Source: Callorhinchus milii
Taxonomy: Eukaryota
Direction: 5' to 3'
DNA: 64,000 bases
Assembly (NCBI RefSeq): GCF_018977255.1
Contig: NW_024704742.1
Coordinates: 78,804,001 to 78,868,000, forward strand
The notes below the pieces were generated by a model, which ran no database searches, was not told where the DNA came from, and saw nothing but the letters and a program-made list of their open reading frames with translations. How positions within the stretch are numbered: position 1 is the first letter of the stretch; each line of letters starts with the position of its first letter. The translations under genes and the position numbers were made by a program. Of the stretch, positions 1 to 14,000 are shown one piece after another.

Positions 1-198
1 TTAAGTGTTTGGCGTCTGGCGTGAAGGTCTTTATATAAATGCAAGTTGTTATTGAGACATGTCAACAAGCTTCACTTGATATACTGTAAAGTGTATTGAC
101 TGTGTATTTTGTGGGTGAAACTAATTCAGATATTAAGCATTGTGAGAGGATAACTGTACCCAAAGCCACAGATCACAAGAGAGGTTCAGATGAAAAAC

Positions 199-1040
199 AA
201 CAACAAAATTACATTTGTATAGCGCCTTTCATGTCGGGTGGACATGCCAAGGCACTGGCCACTCAGTGTTTTGGACCCGGGCTGGGAGGATAGAGGGTAG
301 GGGGGAAGGAGGGTGACTGAAGGTACGGTTGAAGAGGAAGGTCTTGAGATGGGTCTTGAAGGAGGCAAGGGAGGAGGCATGCGGAGGGTCTGCAGGATGG
401 AGTTCCAGAGGGTGAGGGTAGAGTGGCAGATGGTCCGCCCGCCAATGATGGGACAGACGAGCCAGGGGAGGTGAGGCAGGCCGGAGTCCCTGAGAGGAGG
501 GAGGGGGCAGGTTGGTAGGGGTTTAGGAGGTTGCAGTGGTAGGGGGAAGCAAGACCATGGAGGGCTTTGAAGGTGAGGACCAGGATCTTGAACTGTATCT
601 TCTGTGTAATGGGAAGCCAGTGGAGTTGGGCGAGGATGGGGGTGATAGGGTCGTAGAGCCTGGTTTCGAGAGTGGACATGGACTGCAAAGTTCTGGTTGA
701 TCTGCAGCTTATGGAGGGAAGCATTGGGGAGGCCGACAAGCAGGGAGTTTCTGTAGTCAAGCCTGAATGTTATGAATGCGTGTATGAGGTATTGAAGGCA
801 GCAGAGAGGTCAAGGAGGATAAGGAAGCAGAGGGAACCCTGGTCGCAGATGGACAAAATGTCGTTTGTCACTTTGACCAAAGCTGCTTCTGTGCTGTGGG
901 CGGCACGGAAACCCGGTTGAAGGGGTTCGTGAAGGGAGTTGCGGGAGAAGAAAGAGCAAAGCTGGGAAGCAATGGCTTTTTCCAAGACCTTGGAAAGGAA
1001 AGGGAGGTTGGAGATGGGACAGTAGTTGGAGAAAGTCTTT
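199..1040 (-). mobile_element. L2-clade LINE 3' fragment with internal deletions
   Basis: Translations [20 protein letters not shown] and [24 protein letters not shown]; (TTG)n tail. Confidence 0.9.
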
Positions 1041-1185
1041 CAACTCATTTGATCACTTCCTTCCAGAACACCCATCCTACTATCCTCCCATTACAGTATC
1101 CAGCTCAAAAGAGACCAACGTCCTGGGCTCAACCATCCTTCTTGGTGACCTATTCTTCTTGCAGTAGAGCCCTATCATACCTATA

Positions 1186-1760
1186 GGGTAAAATTCTACC
1201 CTAGTGTAGATTTAACTTATTATCAGAACACTTCAGAGCATCTAGAATTTCTCAAATCTGTATTTAAATACAGTCTTTAATTTTGAAGCCGTTTTTCTGT
1301 AAGTTCTTTTAAGAACTTTTGAAGAACCGTTCTGAAAGTTTAAAAATGAATTCAACAAGTTGGCAAATTCTGAGCACTCTGAAATGTGACTTTAATAGAG
1401 TAAATATAATAATAATAATAATCCTTGCATTTGATATAGCGCTTTTCACGTCGGGAGGACATCCCAAAGCGCTTCATAGAACACATTGTAAAGTGAATTG
1501 ACTGTATATTTGTGAGCGAACGCGGCAGCCAATTGCGCGAAGCAATGTCCCACAAACAGTCATGGATTGAAAATGACCAATTTATTATTGTTTTGTTTTT
1601 TTGGAGGGATTATTATTAGGAGTGTGGAGTAAGGAAACTTGCCCAAGGTTTCGCCCTGCCTGGAATTGAACTCAAGTCTCTCACTTGCAAAGCGAGTGCT
1701 CTAACCACTGAGCTACAGGACTCCACAGGTGAAAATATGGTCCCAAGTGAAATTTTACCC
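1186..1760. mobile_element. Degenerate palindromic MITE-like element interrupted by a young SINE
   Basis: Ends GGGTAAAATT / AATTTTACCC; internal symmetry around agttctttt-aagaact; related copy at about 30739-31107. Confidence 0.5.
1407..1726 (-). mobile_element. Young full-length tRNA-derived (Ala-like) Deu-type SINE with L2-like 3' end
   Basis: A box TAGCTCAGTGG, B box GAGTTCAATTCC, conserved body CTGTTTGTGGGACATTGC...ATTGGCTGCCGCGTT, (ATT)n tail. Confidence 0.92.
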
Positions 1761-1878
1761 ATCGTCATTGCATAGCTTGACTCTATAATGTTTGTGTTTT
1801 AAGGTTTGTCAGATAGTGTAATCATCCTCATCTGCATCTCTTGTTTTTTCAGACCTAAGTGTCTGAGATGGGACTTAC

Positions 1879-2082
1879 TTTGAGTTAATCTTGATTTCCC
1901 TGATATCACCTTTGAAAGATTCAGTGCCAGGGAATCGGTGGTCTGATCCAATCACACGTATGATGTCAGCACTGCCACCTCCAACAAAGGCAAAGAGTCC
2001 TTCCTGGGCCAGCCTAATGGTCGGAACAGCATACTCTTTACGGCTGGACACAGTAGCATGATCATTGACCTGCAAGATGGCA
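1879..2082 (-). CDS. LG gene exon ([18 protein letters not shown]...[10 protein letters not shown]...[14 protein letters not shown])
   Basis: tctttcag acceptor, AA|GTAAGT donor, phase 2-2; LQVND, FVGG and F.G.I.EI.IN motifs. Confidence 0.9.
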
Positions 2083-5000
2083 CTGAAAGACAGAATTAAA
2101 ATGTCATAAAACTAAAAGCCCAAAGGTAATCTAGGTTAATTTAACACTTCTAGCAATGTGGACCCTTTCCAGCAGTTTGTTTTAACACAAGCAGTCCCAC
2201 CATACATCAATTCGCTCAGCTTCCTCTGGAATAGCAGGCAAAGAAATTATTGCAATCGGAAGTACAATAAATCCTTCAATACAACAACAACATCTTGTAT
2301 TTATATAGTACCCTTCATGCTGGACGGTGTCTTGGAATACTTAGAAATTGAGATGTTGCTATTTTTCTCTGTGTAAACGTACTTAACTTCAAACCACAAT
2401 CTGCAATCTTCTTTTCATTTTCTAATTTAAAAATTGACATATGTCCAAGGCATCAACACATGCGCTTCTATTGGCTTGATGAAACATCATTAGACGCTGC
2501 CTACTGCAATATGCAGGAACTCATCTGCATGAGTTTCTGGCAAGCTAATGTAGTCGCAGGCTACTTGCCCTTAGACACACATGTGCATGTCCTGCCCACC
2601 CTGTCCACCCTAGACGGGGAGGATCATGGAGGGAACAAATAATAAGGAAAAGCTATACAGGAATAAATGTCTGTTGTGTTTGCCTCGAAAAAGCAATTGA
2701 CAGTAATTCCTGGTGATGCATTTTGAGACATGTCGACGTTATAGGCCCTAAGGTCTCTATCAAATGCAAGTATTGATAGTATTGTCATTATACTATTGCA
2801 AATTGTGGTTATCCTGTTATAAGATCATACAACCAAGGTTGACAATTTTTCCAATAACGATAATAAAATTGGATGATCAAACATCTACAAAAATATCAAT
2901 AGAAAAATGCAAAAACTGTTGACCATTCATGGCCTACACGATATAAATGCTGATGTTCCAAGTATTTAAATACCAAACAAAGAATGAGGAGCAAGACCGA
3001 TTGAATTTGAAGCATCTTACAAATCAGCAATTGTAGGTTTAGCTGAATACATCAGAACAAATCCCGATGACAGTATAAAATGATAGAAAAACATGGAAAC
3101 CAGAAAAATAAATTTTCTGTAATCTAGAACAAACAAGAATATGACATCCATCAAAAAGAAACAGAAAGTAGCTCATCTGAACCCAAAAAAATGAAAATTG
3201 TCTTTAAAAAGAAAATAATATCTGGTTGAAAAAAACAAATGGGAGAAGAAAATCATGCATGGCCAATTTTCAAGAGAAATGAAAGAACAAGATTAAGCTA
3301 TTACTATCCATTATTATGAAAATAAGATCTTAAAGAGAAACATTGATCCAAAATGTTGAATATACCATGAAGCACCAGAAACTGTGGATCACATATTGTC
3401 ATCATGTTCAGCGCTAGCACAATCAGTTTCTGATTTAACATAATATACAGTCAATTCACGTCACAGTATATTCTGTGAACCGTTTTGAGACATCTTGAAG
3501 ACATGATACAGCGCTACATCAAATGCAAGGATTATTATTATTAACATAATAATGTAGCTAAATATTTCACTGGACAATTTATTGACTGGTATGAACATTA
3601 ACTAGCAAAAGTGACATCAAAAAATAACACCACAATAATCTGGTATAGTATATACAGATAGAACAATAGTCTGTAACAAAGCAGATAATATCATAATAAA
3701 TCAACTAGATTGTAAATGTACTATTATTGATGTGGCTATCTTAAGTGATTACAACTTATGAAAAAGGAACTAGAGAAGATCAGCAAATATATCGATCTAT
3801 AAATTCAATGCAGACACATATGGCAATACAAGACAAGAATAGTTTCTATAATCAATGGTGCAGCTGGGAATGTAAGATAGTAAGACAATTCAGAAATGGA
3901 TTGACATAATATGTGGTGAACAAAATTTCCACCTCCTGCAGAAAGTAGTGATTTTAGGAAGTTTAAACATACTAAGAAAAGTAACATCCATTCAGGTGTA
4001 ATGTGGCAACGTTGTTAGTCTGGCTGAGCCATTACTGAAATCCAGTTAGAAACTGTAATATACACTGGATGCCAGATAATCAGAAACATTGGGGCGGACG
4101 TTTTGTCCATCTTAAGCGGCGTCCAATGTTAACCGGATTACCATTGCCATTGCCATTGGATGGGAAGGGGTCCAATTAGTGGTGGCTACAAGGTGATTGA
4201 CAGCCTTCAACCATTTGTGAATCGATGGGCACTCCACCCATTCACAAACAGCTTAGCTGTCAATCAATCACTTGTGAATGGCTGGAGTCTGCTGTCAGTC
4301 AGTCACAATTTGACTCCTCCCAACTCTATTCTGAAGCCTCTCGAGCACAGAACGCACGAGTGAGTACATTCAGCAGTGAACAGCGCGGCATTTTGTCTGG
4401 ATTTTAACAGGAGCATCCGTTGTTAAGTCACTGCAGGTAACTATACTTGCGTTTTTTCTTATTCTCTATTCCACCTTTTGTACATTTATTGTGTTCAATA
4501 TTGTCAACAAAAACGACACAACGGTCACTGAACTAGATATCTGACAGGGAACAGTGGTGGATATCTAAAGAAGCACTGAGTACCATTGGATCTCTCAACA
4601 GTCTTGACAGGGATGCTACATAATTTGGAACAGTAGAATTTTCTTTAATTTGTGCTGTCAACACCTGCCTGTCCCACCATTAACTGGTGGACTTTTAGCC
4701 ATTCTGACCCCGCTCTCTGGAACTCAATCTTGGAGTCCCTCTGATTTATCCCATCCCCTCATTTAAGACACATCTCTACCTCTACTTATCCGTCTCCACC
4801 CTCAACTCCAGACCACTGTTGTCCTCACAGACTGCCTGTCGGACATCAAATCCTGGATGATGGCTACCTTTCTCCAGTTGAATGTCAACAATACAATACA
4901 AAATTACACAGTCAGGGATTTCGACATGAGCTGGGGGTCGGGATCATGGAGGGTGGAAGGCATGGAGGGTAGGAGGGTGCCTGAAGGCTCGGTTGAAGAG

Positions 5001-8000
5001 GAGGGTTTTGAGATGAGCAAGGGAGGGGGTTAGGCGAAGGGACTGTGGGATGGAGTTCGAAAGGGTGGGGGCAGAAAGGCTAAAGGCCTGACCGCTGATG
5101 GTGAGGCGTGCCGGGTGGGAGACGTGGAGCAGGCCACAACCTGCTGAGCGGAGGGAGTGGACAGGTTGATATTGGCTCAGCAGGTCACAGAGGTAGGAAG
5201 GAGCAAGGCCATGGAGGGCCATGAAAGTGAGGACAAGGGTTTGAATGCTATCCTCTGGGGATGGGGAGTCATTGGAGCCGGGCGAGGGTGGGAGTGATGG
5301 GGTCCCGGAGCCTGGTATGGGAGAGGACACGAGCCTCAGAATTCTGGACAATCTGCAGCCTGTGGAGGGAAGAGTTGGGAAGCCTGACAAGGAGAGAATT
5401 GGCATAGTTGAGCTGAGGCCCTCCTGTTGGCTCCAATCACAGCATTACCCTACATGGATGCACTCTACACCTCGCTGAGCCAATATGGAACCTTGGTGTC
5501 TGTTCAACCCTCAACTATCCTTCATTCCCCCACATCCGTGCCATGACCCGCTTCACCTTTCCCCACCTCTGAAACATCGCCCGGCTACCCCACTGTCTCA
5601 CACCGCAGGCCACCGAGACCCTCATCTGCATGTTCATAACATCCAGGCTCGACTACGGAAACTCCCTGCTTGTCAGCATCCCAACTCCCTCCTCAGACTG
5701 CAGATCATCCAGAACTCTGCAACCCGTGTCCTCTCCCGCACCAGGCTCTGTGACCTATCAACCCCATCTTCACCCAACTCCACTGGCTTCCCATCATACA
5801 GAGGATACAGTTAAAGATCCTGGTTCTCACCTTCAAAGCTCTTCACGGCCTCACTCCTCCCTATCTCTCTGACCTCCTAAACCCCTACCAACCTGTCTGT
5901 TCTCTCTGCTCAGCAGGCTCTGGCCTGCTTCACATCACCCACCTTGCGCGCCCCACCATTTGTGGGCAGACCATCAGCCTCTCTGCCCCACCCTCTGGAA
6001 CGCCATCCCACAGTCCCTCCACCTTGCCCCCTCACTTGCCTCTTTCAAGACCTGTCTCAAGACCCTCCTCTTTGACCGTGCTTTCGGTCACCCTTCTACC
6101 CCTACCCTTCCTGCCCTCCACCCCTCCTGAAGCCAACCACCAGCTTGGTTGCAGATCTCTGACTGTCCAGCGCCTTGGACATCCTCCTGATGTGAAAGGC
6201 GCAATACAAATTTAATTTGTTGTTGTTGTCTCAAGACACAGCTCTTTGACCAAGTTTTTGGTCATCTTTCCTCTATCTACGACCTTGACTCCCATCATCA
6301 GCTCGGGTACTCATCCAGCACTGTGAAGTGCTTTGCAATGTCTACCTGACATAAAGGTGCTACATGAATGTAAAGCATATTGCATTGTGTATTGTACATT
6401 TTGACATTCATCAAGTTGAGTGTTGCTATTGCTGGGAAAAAGGAACATTTTTCCACTTTGGGCAGCCAGTATGAGAAATAAAACATTCCACATTCAAGCA
6501 ATTTATGCAGCACAGCTAGATATAGTGTAAATCTTCTGCTTTCCTCCAATTAACAAACTATTACTCTAAACTTAAAAGAGCACTGCCTACCATAACTGCT
6601 CAGTATCACACTAAACAAGACAATTACCCGTTGGGAACTCACTCATCCATTTCATAGATTTTATTTCTGAATCACATAATCTTTGGTATTATCCCAACAA
6701 AATCCTCCAAAAAATCATTTTTAAACAAAAAATTACATTTAAGAATTTCAAACTGATAATCTAGTGAAGAAACTATTTTGGTGCTCTAGAGTCATTGACC
6801 AAAAGTTACAATCACTTCACTTCGATCTACTGTTCTGTCAACCTGAGTGTACTCACAATTTTCCTGTGAAATTCAGCAATATGGTGTGCCACTGTGCATC
6901 AGAGAGGCTTTCGTTTACAGTGTACAGGTATATCAGCTGGCCAGGGTCATCTTCAGTGGCATAAATTGCAAAGATGTTGCCACCAAATAGGGCTAGGTAA
7001 AGAAGTCCTTCCTAGAAAAAAAACAGTGTAGAAGTTACTGTATGAATGAACAACAACTTGCAACAATATAGCGCCCCTCACGCAGGGTAGTGTCCCAGAG
7101 CACTTGACAGTAGCGGAGCACGACACTGAGCTGGGAGGAGGGGGTGGTGACATAGGCACAGTTGAATAGGAAAGTCTTCAGGTGTGACCTGAAGATGGGG
7201 AAGGAAGGGACAAGGTAGAGAGACAGAGGATGGGTGTTCCAAAGTTTCGGGGTGTAGTGGCTGAAAGTGTGGTCACCACTGGTTGAACGGAGGGCACGGG
7301 GACATACAGAATGCCGGAGCCAGTCGTGCAGAAGCATCGGGTTGTGGATTGGGGCTAATCAGGTCGGAGAGGTAGGGAGGTGCCAGGGTATGAAGGGATT
7401 TGAAAACGAAAACAGATCAGGCCAAAGCAAGATTCGGGGAGTGGGGAGTCAATGGAGTGGAAAATAGAGCACCCATGAACAGAATTAATTGTATTAAATG
7501 TGAATCCATGATACAAAATCTGAATTTCAAAATGAAATATTATAGGGAGTACTTAATATGAGAGTATGGGGAGAAGGATCTGAGATGGTGTATTTGGAGC
7601 CTGGAAGGAAAAGTTGGAGGAACATTAATCATAACAGCATTAATAATGATAATGATGGTAAATTGCCAGGATCCATGGAATCATACCCAGCATCCACATT
7701 GCCTCCATTGGAGTAATTATATATAAAAGATTAATTCATAGAATCTACAGAATTGAAACAGGCCATTTGGCCAACTCATTTATGATTTATGCCAGTGTTT
7801 GCATGTCACATGAGCCTCCACTTAATCTAACTTTCTTCCTCCCCCAACCTCCCTTCATACCCTTCCAAGACATTCTTCGTTGACCACACATTCGGTCATC
7901 TTTCCCCTAACATCCCTATCCTCCTTAGCACACCACCACCCACCTCCAATCCCCTGCACCCTCCCAGTCCCCCTGGAATTCAACCCCCAGCTCGGATGCA

Positions 8001-11000
8001 AACCCTCAACTGCCCAGCACCTCGGGACATGCTTCTGACATGAAAGGTGGATTTAACTGTAAAATTTGTTGATGTTGATCTATTTATTCCCTTCTCTCTT
8101 ATGTAAGTATCTGCGTTTCCTCTTAAATTCATTGATGTTTTCTACTTCAACTGCAGCTTCCACAGGCAGTGTAGAAGAAAATTGGAGAAAATAAGAGTTT
8201 GGAAATCAAAATGATTGAATTAATATTGACAGGCAAATATATTTACATATTAAAGTGTAAACGTACATCCAGATAAAAATAATTATATGTTTTCTTACCG
8301 GTCTTTCCCTAGTGATAAAAAGCAGTCCAGACTCTTCCTTAGTCTTGAAGGTCAGTCCGAACGTTTCTATGATGTTCTGAGGCTGAGTTATGTTCAGTTG
8401 AATGTAGGAGTCTACAGCATAAAAGTGAATCCCTTCTTCCACCTGAGTTAAGAAATATTCATACTGAAGTTATATGGTGTTATCCTGGCTCAGTTGGTAG
8501 CACGCTTGCCCTTGAGTCAGAATGTTGTGGATTCAAACCCCACATGAGGATTTTGAGCTCATTGTCTATGCTGACACTTCAATGCATTTGCTGGGTGTGT
8601 GCTGCATTTTAGAGGAGCTGTCCTTTGACGAGATGTTGAACTAAGGACTTGTCCGCCTTTTCTGTTGGACATTAAGGAGCCATTGGGACAATTCGTGAAG
8701 AGAGGGGAGTTTCTCTGGTATCGTGGCTAATAATTCCCCCAAGTTAAATTGTTCATTCACTTCATGACTGTTTGTGGGATATTGCTGCATTCATCTACAA
8801 AATACATACTTTACAGTAAATCCGGTGAAGCTCTTTGAGATATCCTCTTGACGTGAAAGACGCTCTACCAAATGTAAGATTTTTAAAATATTTTCAATAC
8901 AACATTTTTATTAAAGAATGAATGAGTTGGTGAGCCGCACCTTCAGGGATGCTCCAGTTTCTGTTTCTGGTCTGCTGAGTTAGCCAAGTTTAGGCATATT
9001 GATCTCCGGCTGCTATAATTGACGTGAAAGCTTCAATTTTGGGAGAGGCAAATCAGCCACTTCTGATGAAAGTCTTAACAAGCTTTCAAATGACTGGAGG
9101 AACTTGGGCTTTTTTTCACTGAAACAAAGAATGTTGCAGGATGACCTGATAAAGGTCTTTAAAATTATGAGAGGTTTTGATAGTCAATAAGGAAAAATTA
9201 TTTCCACCGGTCAGTGAATCAGCATCAATTTAACCTAAGTTAATAAACGAGCAAATGGGGAGGTTAGGAGAAAGCTTTTCACACATACAGTAGTTAGGAT
9301 ATGGAATGCCTTGCCGGGGAGAGGTGGCCGAAGCAAAATCCATATTGGCTTTCAAGAGGGAATAAAAAGCATCAGCTATAGGGGATGTGAAAGGACAGGT
9401 CAGTAAGACTGCCCTTGATGGAGCTTCCACAGACACAAGAGATTGAATTTCTTTCTGCTGTGCCATAAAGAATTCCTTCATCAATCAATCAATCAATCAA
9501 TCAATCGATCGATCGATCGATCGATCGATCAACCAACCAACCAACCAATCAATCAATCCACGACTGTTTGTGGGACACTTCTGTGTGCAATTGGCTGTCT
9601 CGTTTTATTTCACTTCAGGCTGTTTGTGGAACTTGTTGCGCTTAAATTAGCTGCTGTGTTCACCCACAAAATATACACAGTCACATCACTTTATTGTATG
9701 TCCTGTGAAGCTCTTTGAGACATCTCATCAATATGATAATGCGCAGTATCAAACACAAGGATTATTATTACAGTATTATCAGGCGGATTCAGGTCATTTA
9801 TATTGGAGGGTTAAGTTAACCCTTTCCAGTTAATAGTTAACAGCTGGAAAGTGTTACTGAGAGGGATGCAGAGGTCAGGTTAAGAGATTTAACACAAGTT
9901 ATTAAAAAAATGGCTTCATGTTAAAATGGGAAGAGGATAGAATGGTTATTTTGGCAAGAGGAGATCAAATGGCCCGCATGTACTCTTCATTTATACTCTT
10001 CATTTGTACTCTTGTCTGGTCTTGATATACAGAGTGGTTGATATAGAGTAAAACTTCTTAAATTCTGCCTAACAATATGCATAGACCTCAATCTCTGAAG
10101 AACTTCTGACTGCAACATCATGGGATTTTTCATTTCTCACAAGTCAACTTGTCATTCCAGATTCCCAAATTTGTTGTGATTGAAGAGTAGCTTTGTGTTG
10201 TAAGGCTTTATTAACCGGTTCTACGTACTTTCAATGCAAATCAAAGAGCAAAACACATACTCTAGGTGCAGACAGTCTGGATCTTAAATACTACTATGAT
10301 TCTACATGGATTGCACTGATCAGCAATAAAATATAATGCATAAAGGTTAGTGGTCTGTATATCCTTTGTGATTATCCCACCTCTCCCAATGACTGCACTA
10401 CCTGTTTGATGAATACTACCCATTTGTGATTTATGTGTGGTTTATGTTTGCCTTTCCAGACAGTACATAAGTTTCACTGAAGCTTCAGAAAAATAAAATA
10501 GAAGGGAAATCACAAGTTACTTAATATTGTTTCTCTTGTTCACTTGATGCAATTCACTGTTTACTGAAAACAAATTAAAATTGGATTAATTTGTGCACTT
10601 GTAGCTGATGGATTGCAATTGTTATTTGACAGATAATTTTTAGCAGGAGACAAATAAGGATGACTTGCCACTTCTAATCCACCTGATAAATGACCAGCAC
10701 CTCCTTTCCTGTCTGCTCACAGTCTGAAAGCTGTGGCCAGGAATGCAAAGCATGAATGTTTGGGACAATCATATTAAGAATATTTCGAGATATATTTTTT
10801 TACCTTTTTTTGCCAAATATGACACACAATAACAAGACTTAATACAATTTAGCATTGTTTACTTTTTATATAATGTGAAGAGACTTTTGTGCATGCACAA
10901 GTGCTGTATAAGTGCTGTACAAAATTGTATTACAAGCTAAGACCTGGAATTTCAGGTGTACTGTATTTACCTAATACACTTAATTGTGTTTACCAGATCT

Positions 11001-14000
11001 CAATTCACTTACTGGTGACAGCCTGGCTTTCTCAATGCTCGTCTCTTAGTCAGAAGGTTGTGGGTTAAAGCTCCAGATTGAGACTTTGAACTCACAGTCT
11101 AGGCTGACATTCCAGTGCAATGTTGGGGTGTACTGCCTTGTTGGTGGTGCCGTCCTTTGAATAAGATGTTAATTTGAGATCCTATCCACCTCTTTAGGTG
11201 AACTTTAAAGTTTCTATCACACTGTTCAAAAACTGACAGGAGATTCTCCCGGTGTTTTAGCCAACATTCCCCCAGATTAAATTGAGTCTTCACTTCATGA
11301 CTGATTGTGTGAACACTGCTGAAACAAAGTCACTACATTTTGCTCAACATTTCTGTAAAGTTCTTTGAAACATTTTGGAGACATAATACAATGCTAAATC
11401 AAATGCAAGGTTTATTATGAAATACCTCAGGAAAGAATAACAATTAGCGGCTACAATTGATCCCACTGCTTTCTGGACTGGGGGGAGTTTTTCATGGTTC
11501 CTGCTTTTGATTCAATCTGCTAGAAAGTAATAATAATAATCTTTACATTTGAATCCTTGAATTCGTATATATCCTTGTATTCATGTGAATCCATATAGTG
11601 TATTCACATTGTAGATGTTGAATGAGGATAGGACAGGCCTGAGCCATGATGCCCCACAGTCCAATTGCTTAATGATACTTACTGTCTGAGCTCACACATG
11701 AAGAGCATGAAAGGATCTCCATGTTTGTTGACCTGAGCATCAGCATTAGCAAGGGCAGTCAGGAGAGGGAAGGTCAAATTTGGAGTGGGAAATGACAGGA
11801 GCAATTTCGTCTCAAAACATAACGATGCAGCTTATATAAACTGTTCAGATAATGAGTTCCACAATCTCAGTACTCTCTACGTGAAGTAGTTCCTGATAAA
11901 TTCTCCATTAGATCCAAGTAGGAGGCTAATGTGGACTATATGTCCAGCATGGACTAGTTCGGATGAATAGCCTGTTCCCATGCTGTAATGTTCTGTACGA
12001 TTCTGTAAGACTTTGCAAACCTTATAAGATGTTTTCAAACAATCTGTAAATTCCTCCAATATAACTATAAATGCTGAACAAAAAAACATGACATTCACTC
12101 AAAAAATGCTGAACATAGGCTGAAATGGTTTCCCAATTGATCTACAACGTCTGCTATGTCTGCCTCAAAAAGTGCTGGAAAATAGTTTTGAGGTTTTTTA
12201 TATTCCTTGCTGTTTAACTGTGTTTAAATAATACTAATCCTTGCATTTGACATAGTGCCTTATCACGTCATTGAGACATCTCAAAGGGCTTCACAGAATA
12301 TGCTGTGAAGTGAATTAATTGTATATTTTGTGGGTGAAAATGTTAACAGTTTACATCGTAACTGTTTGATGGGACATTGCAAGAAATGACTGTTGCATTT
12401 ATCTTTAAAAATGCAATGGCTCTTTATGTCCCATGGTATCTTTCTCTGAACACTTTTCAACTCTACTCTCTTTAGGGCCACTTTCTATAAATGCTGAATT
12501 TGACTAGTTTTCAATCCCACTGTATATTTTCTGAGCAAAATGTGGAAGCCGATTGCATACAGCAGTGTCCCAGAAATAGTCGTGGATTGAGTGACCAAAT
12601 TATTAAATAATAGTTTTTTGTTTAAGGGATTATTACCCCCGGAAAGCAATCAGCCAATCGGATTCTTACTTACTACTAGGTAAACTAAGGCAAGTGGAAT
12701 AAGGAAACTTGCGTGTTATTCGCCAATGTTTTTCTGAGATTGCCTTCTCAACAACAACAACAACTTGCATTATATAGCACCCCTCATTCATCTTAGCGTC
12801 CCAGAGCGCTTGGAGGACTCAAGCCATAAGAATACATGTATGAGGTTTGGCTCAGTTGGTAGCTCTCTTGTCATTGAGTCAGGAGGTTATAGGTACAAGT
12901 CACATGTTAGGAATTTAAGATTGTAGATTAACATTCCAGTGCAGTTCTGGCGAAATGCTGCATTGTTAGATATACTGCCTTTCAAATGAAATGGAAAACC
13001 AGGGTCCCATCTGTTTAGGTAGATGTTAAAGATTCCATTGGCCCTATTTGAAAAGAAGAGGGAGTTTCTCCTGGTCTTCTCACTAACAACAACAACTTGC
13101 TTTAATAGATGCTTCACGTAGAATAGCATCTCGGCCCCCTTAACAGTGGTAGAGCTTGACACTGAGATGGGGGAGGTGGGAAGGGGACCTTAGTCAAGGT
13201 CGAAGAGGAAGGTCTTCAGGTGCGATCTGAAGATGGGCAAGTAAGAGGCGAGGTGGAGGGATTGAGGTAGAGAATTCTATAGTTTTGTGGCGTAGTAGCT
13301 GAAAGAATGGCTGCTGATGGTGAAGCAGAGGGGATGAAGGATGTGCAGATTTCTGGAGCCAGTTGAGCGAAGAAGAATGGTGTGTAAGCAAATTGGAGAG
13401 ATTGGGAGGTGCTTGGGCATGAAGTGAGTTGTATCCAAGTGGGAGGACCTTGAAATTGATCTGGGGTGATGGGGAGTGGATTTTGGTGAGGATACAGGTG
13501 GCAGAGTTTTGAATTAACTAGATTTTAGGAGTTAGAAGACCAGCGAGGAGAACAATGGAAAAATTCAAGGTCCGAGGTCACAAACCTGTGGATAAGGGAT
13601 CGAATAATACCGTAGATTTAAAAATAAATGGTCATTCAATTCATGGATGTTTGTAGGACATTGCCATGTATAAATTAACTGCTGCTTTTGTCTACAAATA
13701 CACAGTCACTATGTTATAGAAACAGTTCTTTGAGATGTTTTGATGTGATGAGGTGCTGTATTAAATGCAAGGATCAAATTATTATTAAGCACTTAGGAAT
13801 GCCGAAAAGTGGAACTGTATTACGATATACAGGAGACTCGTTAAGGTAAATCCTCACTCTAGCAAGGTGCCTAAAAACGTGGTTATCCTGGGTATGTGGG
13901 AGGAATTCCACCTACGTCTAGGTTTACTATATTTTCCTAGCATTTTACAACATGCAGAATTTGACAAATTCTTGAATTCAATCATAACTTTGAAGTGTAG

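Noticed and set aside
1352..1555. Recurrent ORFs of the MWDIA.RNWLPRS...KCKDYYYY type
   Set aside because: Translations of SINE bodies and ATT tails, with no coding signal.
1655..1726. tRNA-Ala-like sequences as tRNA genes (also 22815-22886, 36847-36920 and others)
   Set aside because: Each is the head of a SINE, fused to the same body and tail, and lacks a proper acceptor stem.
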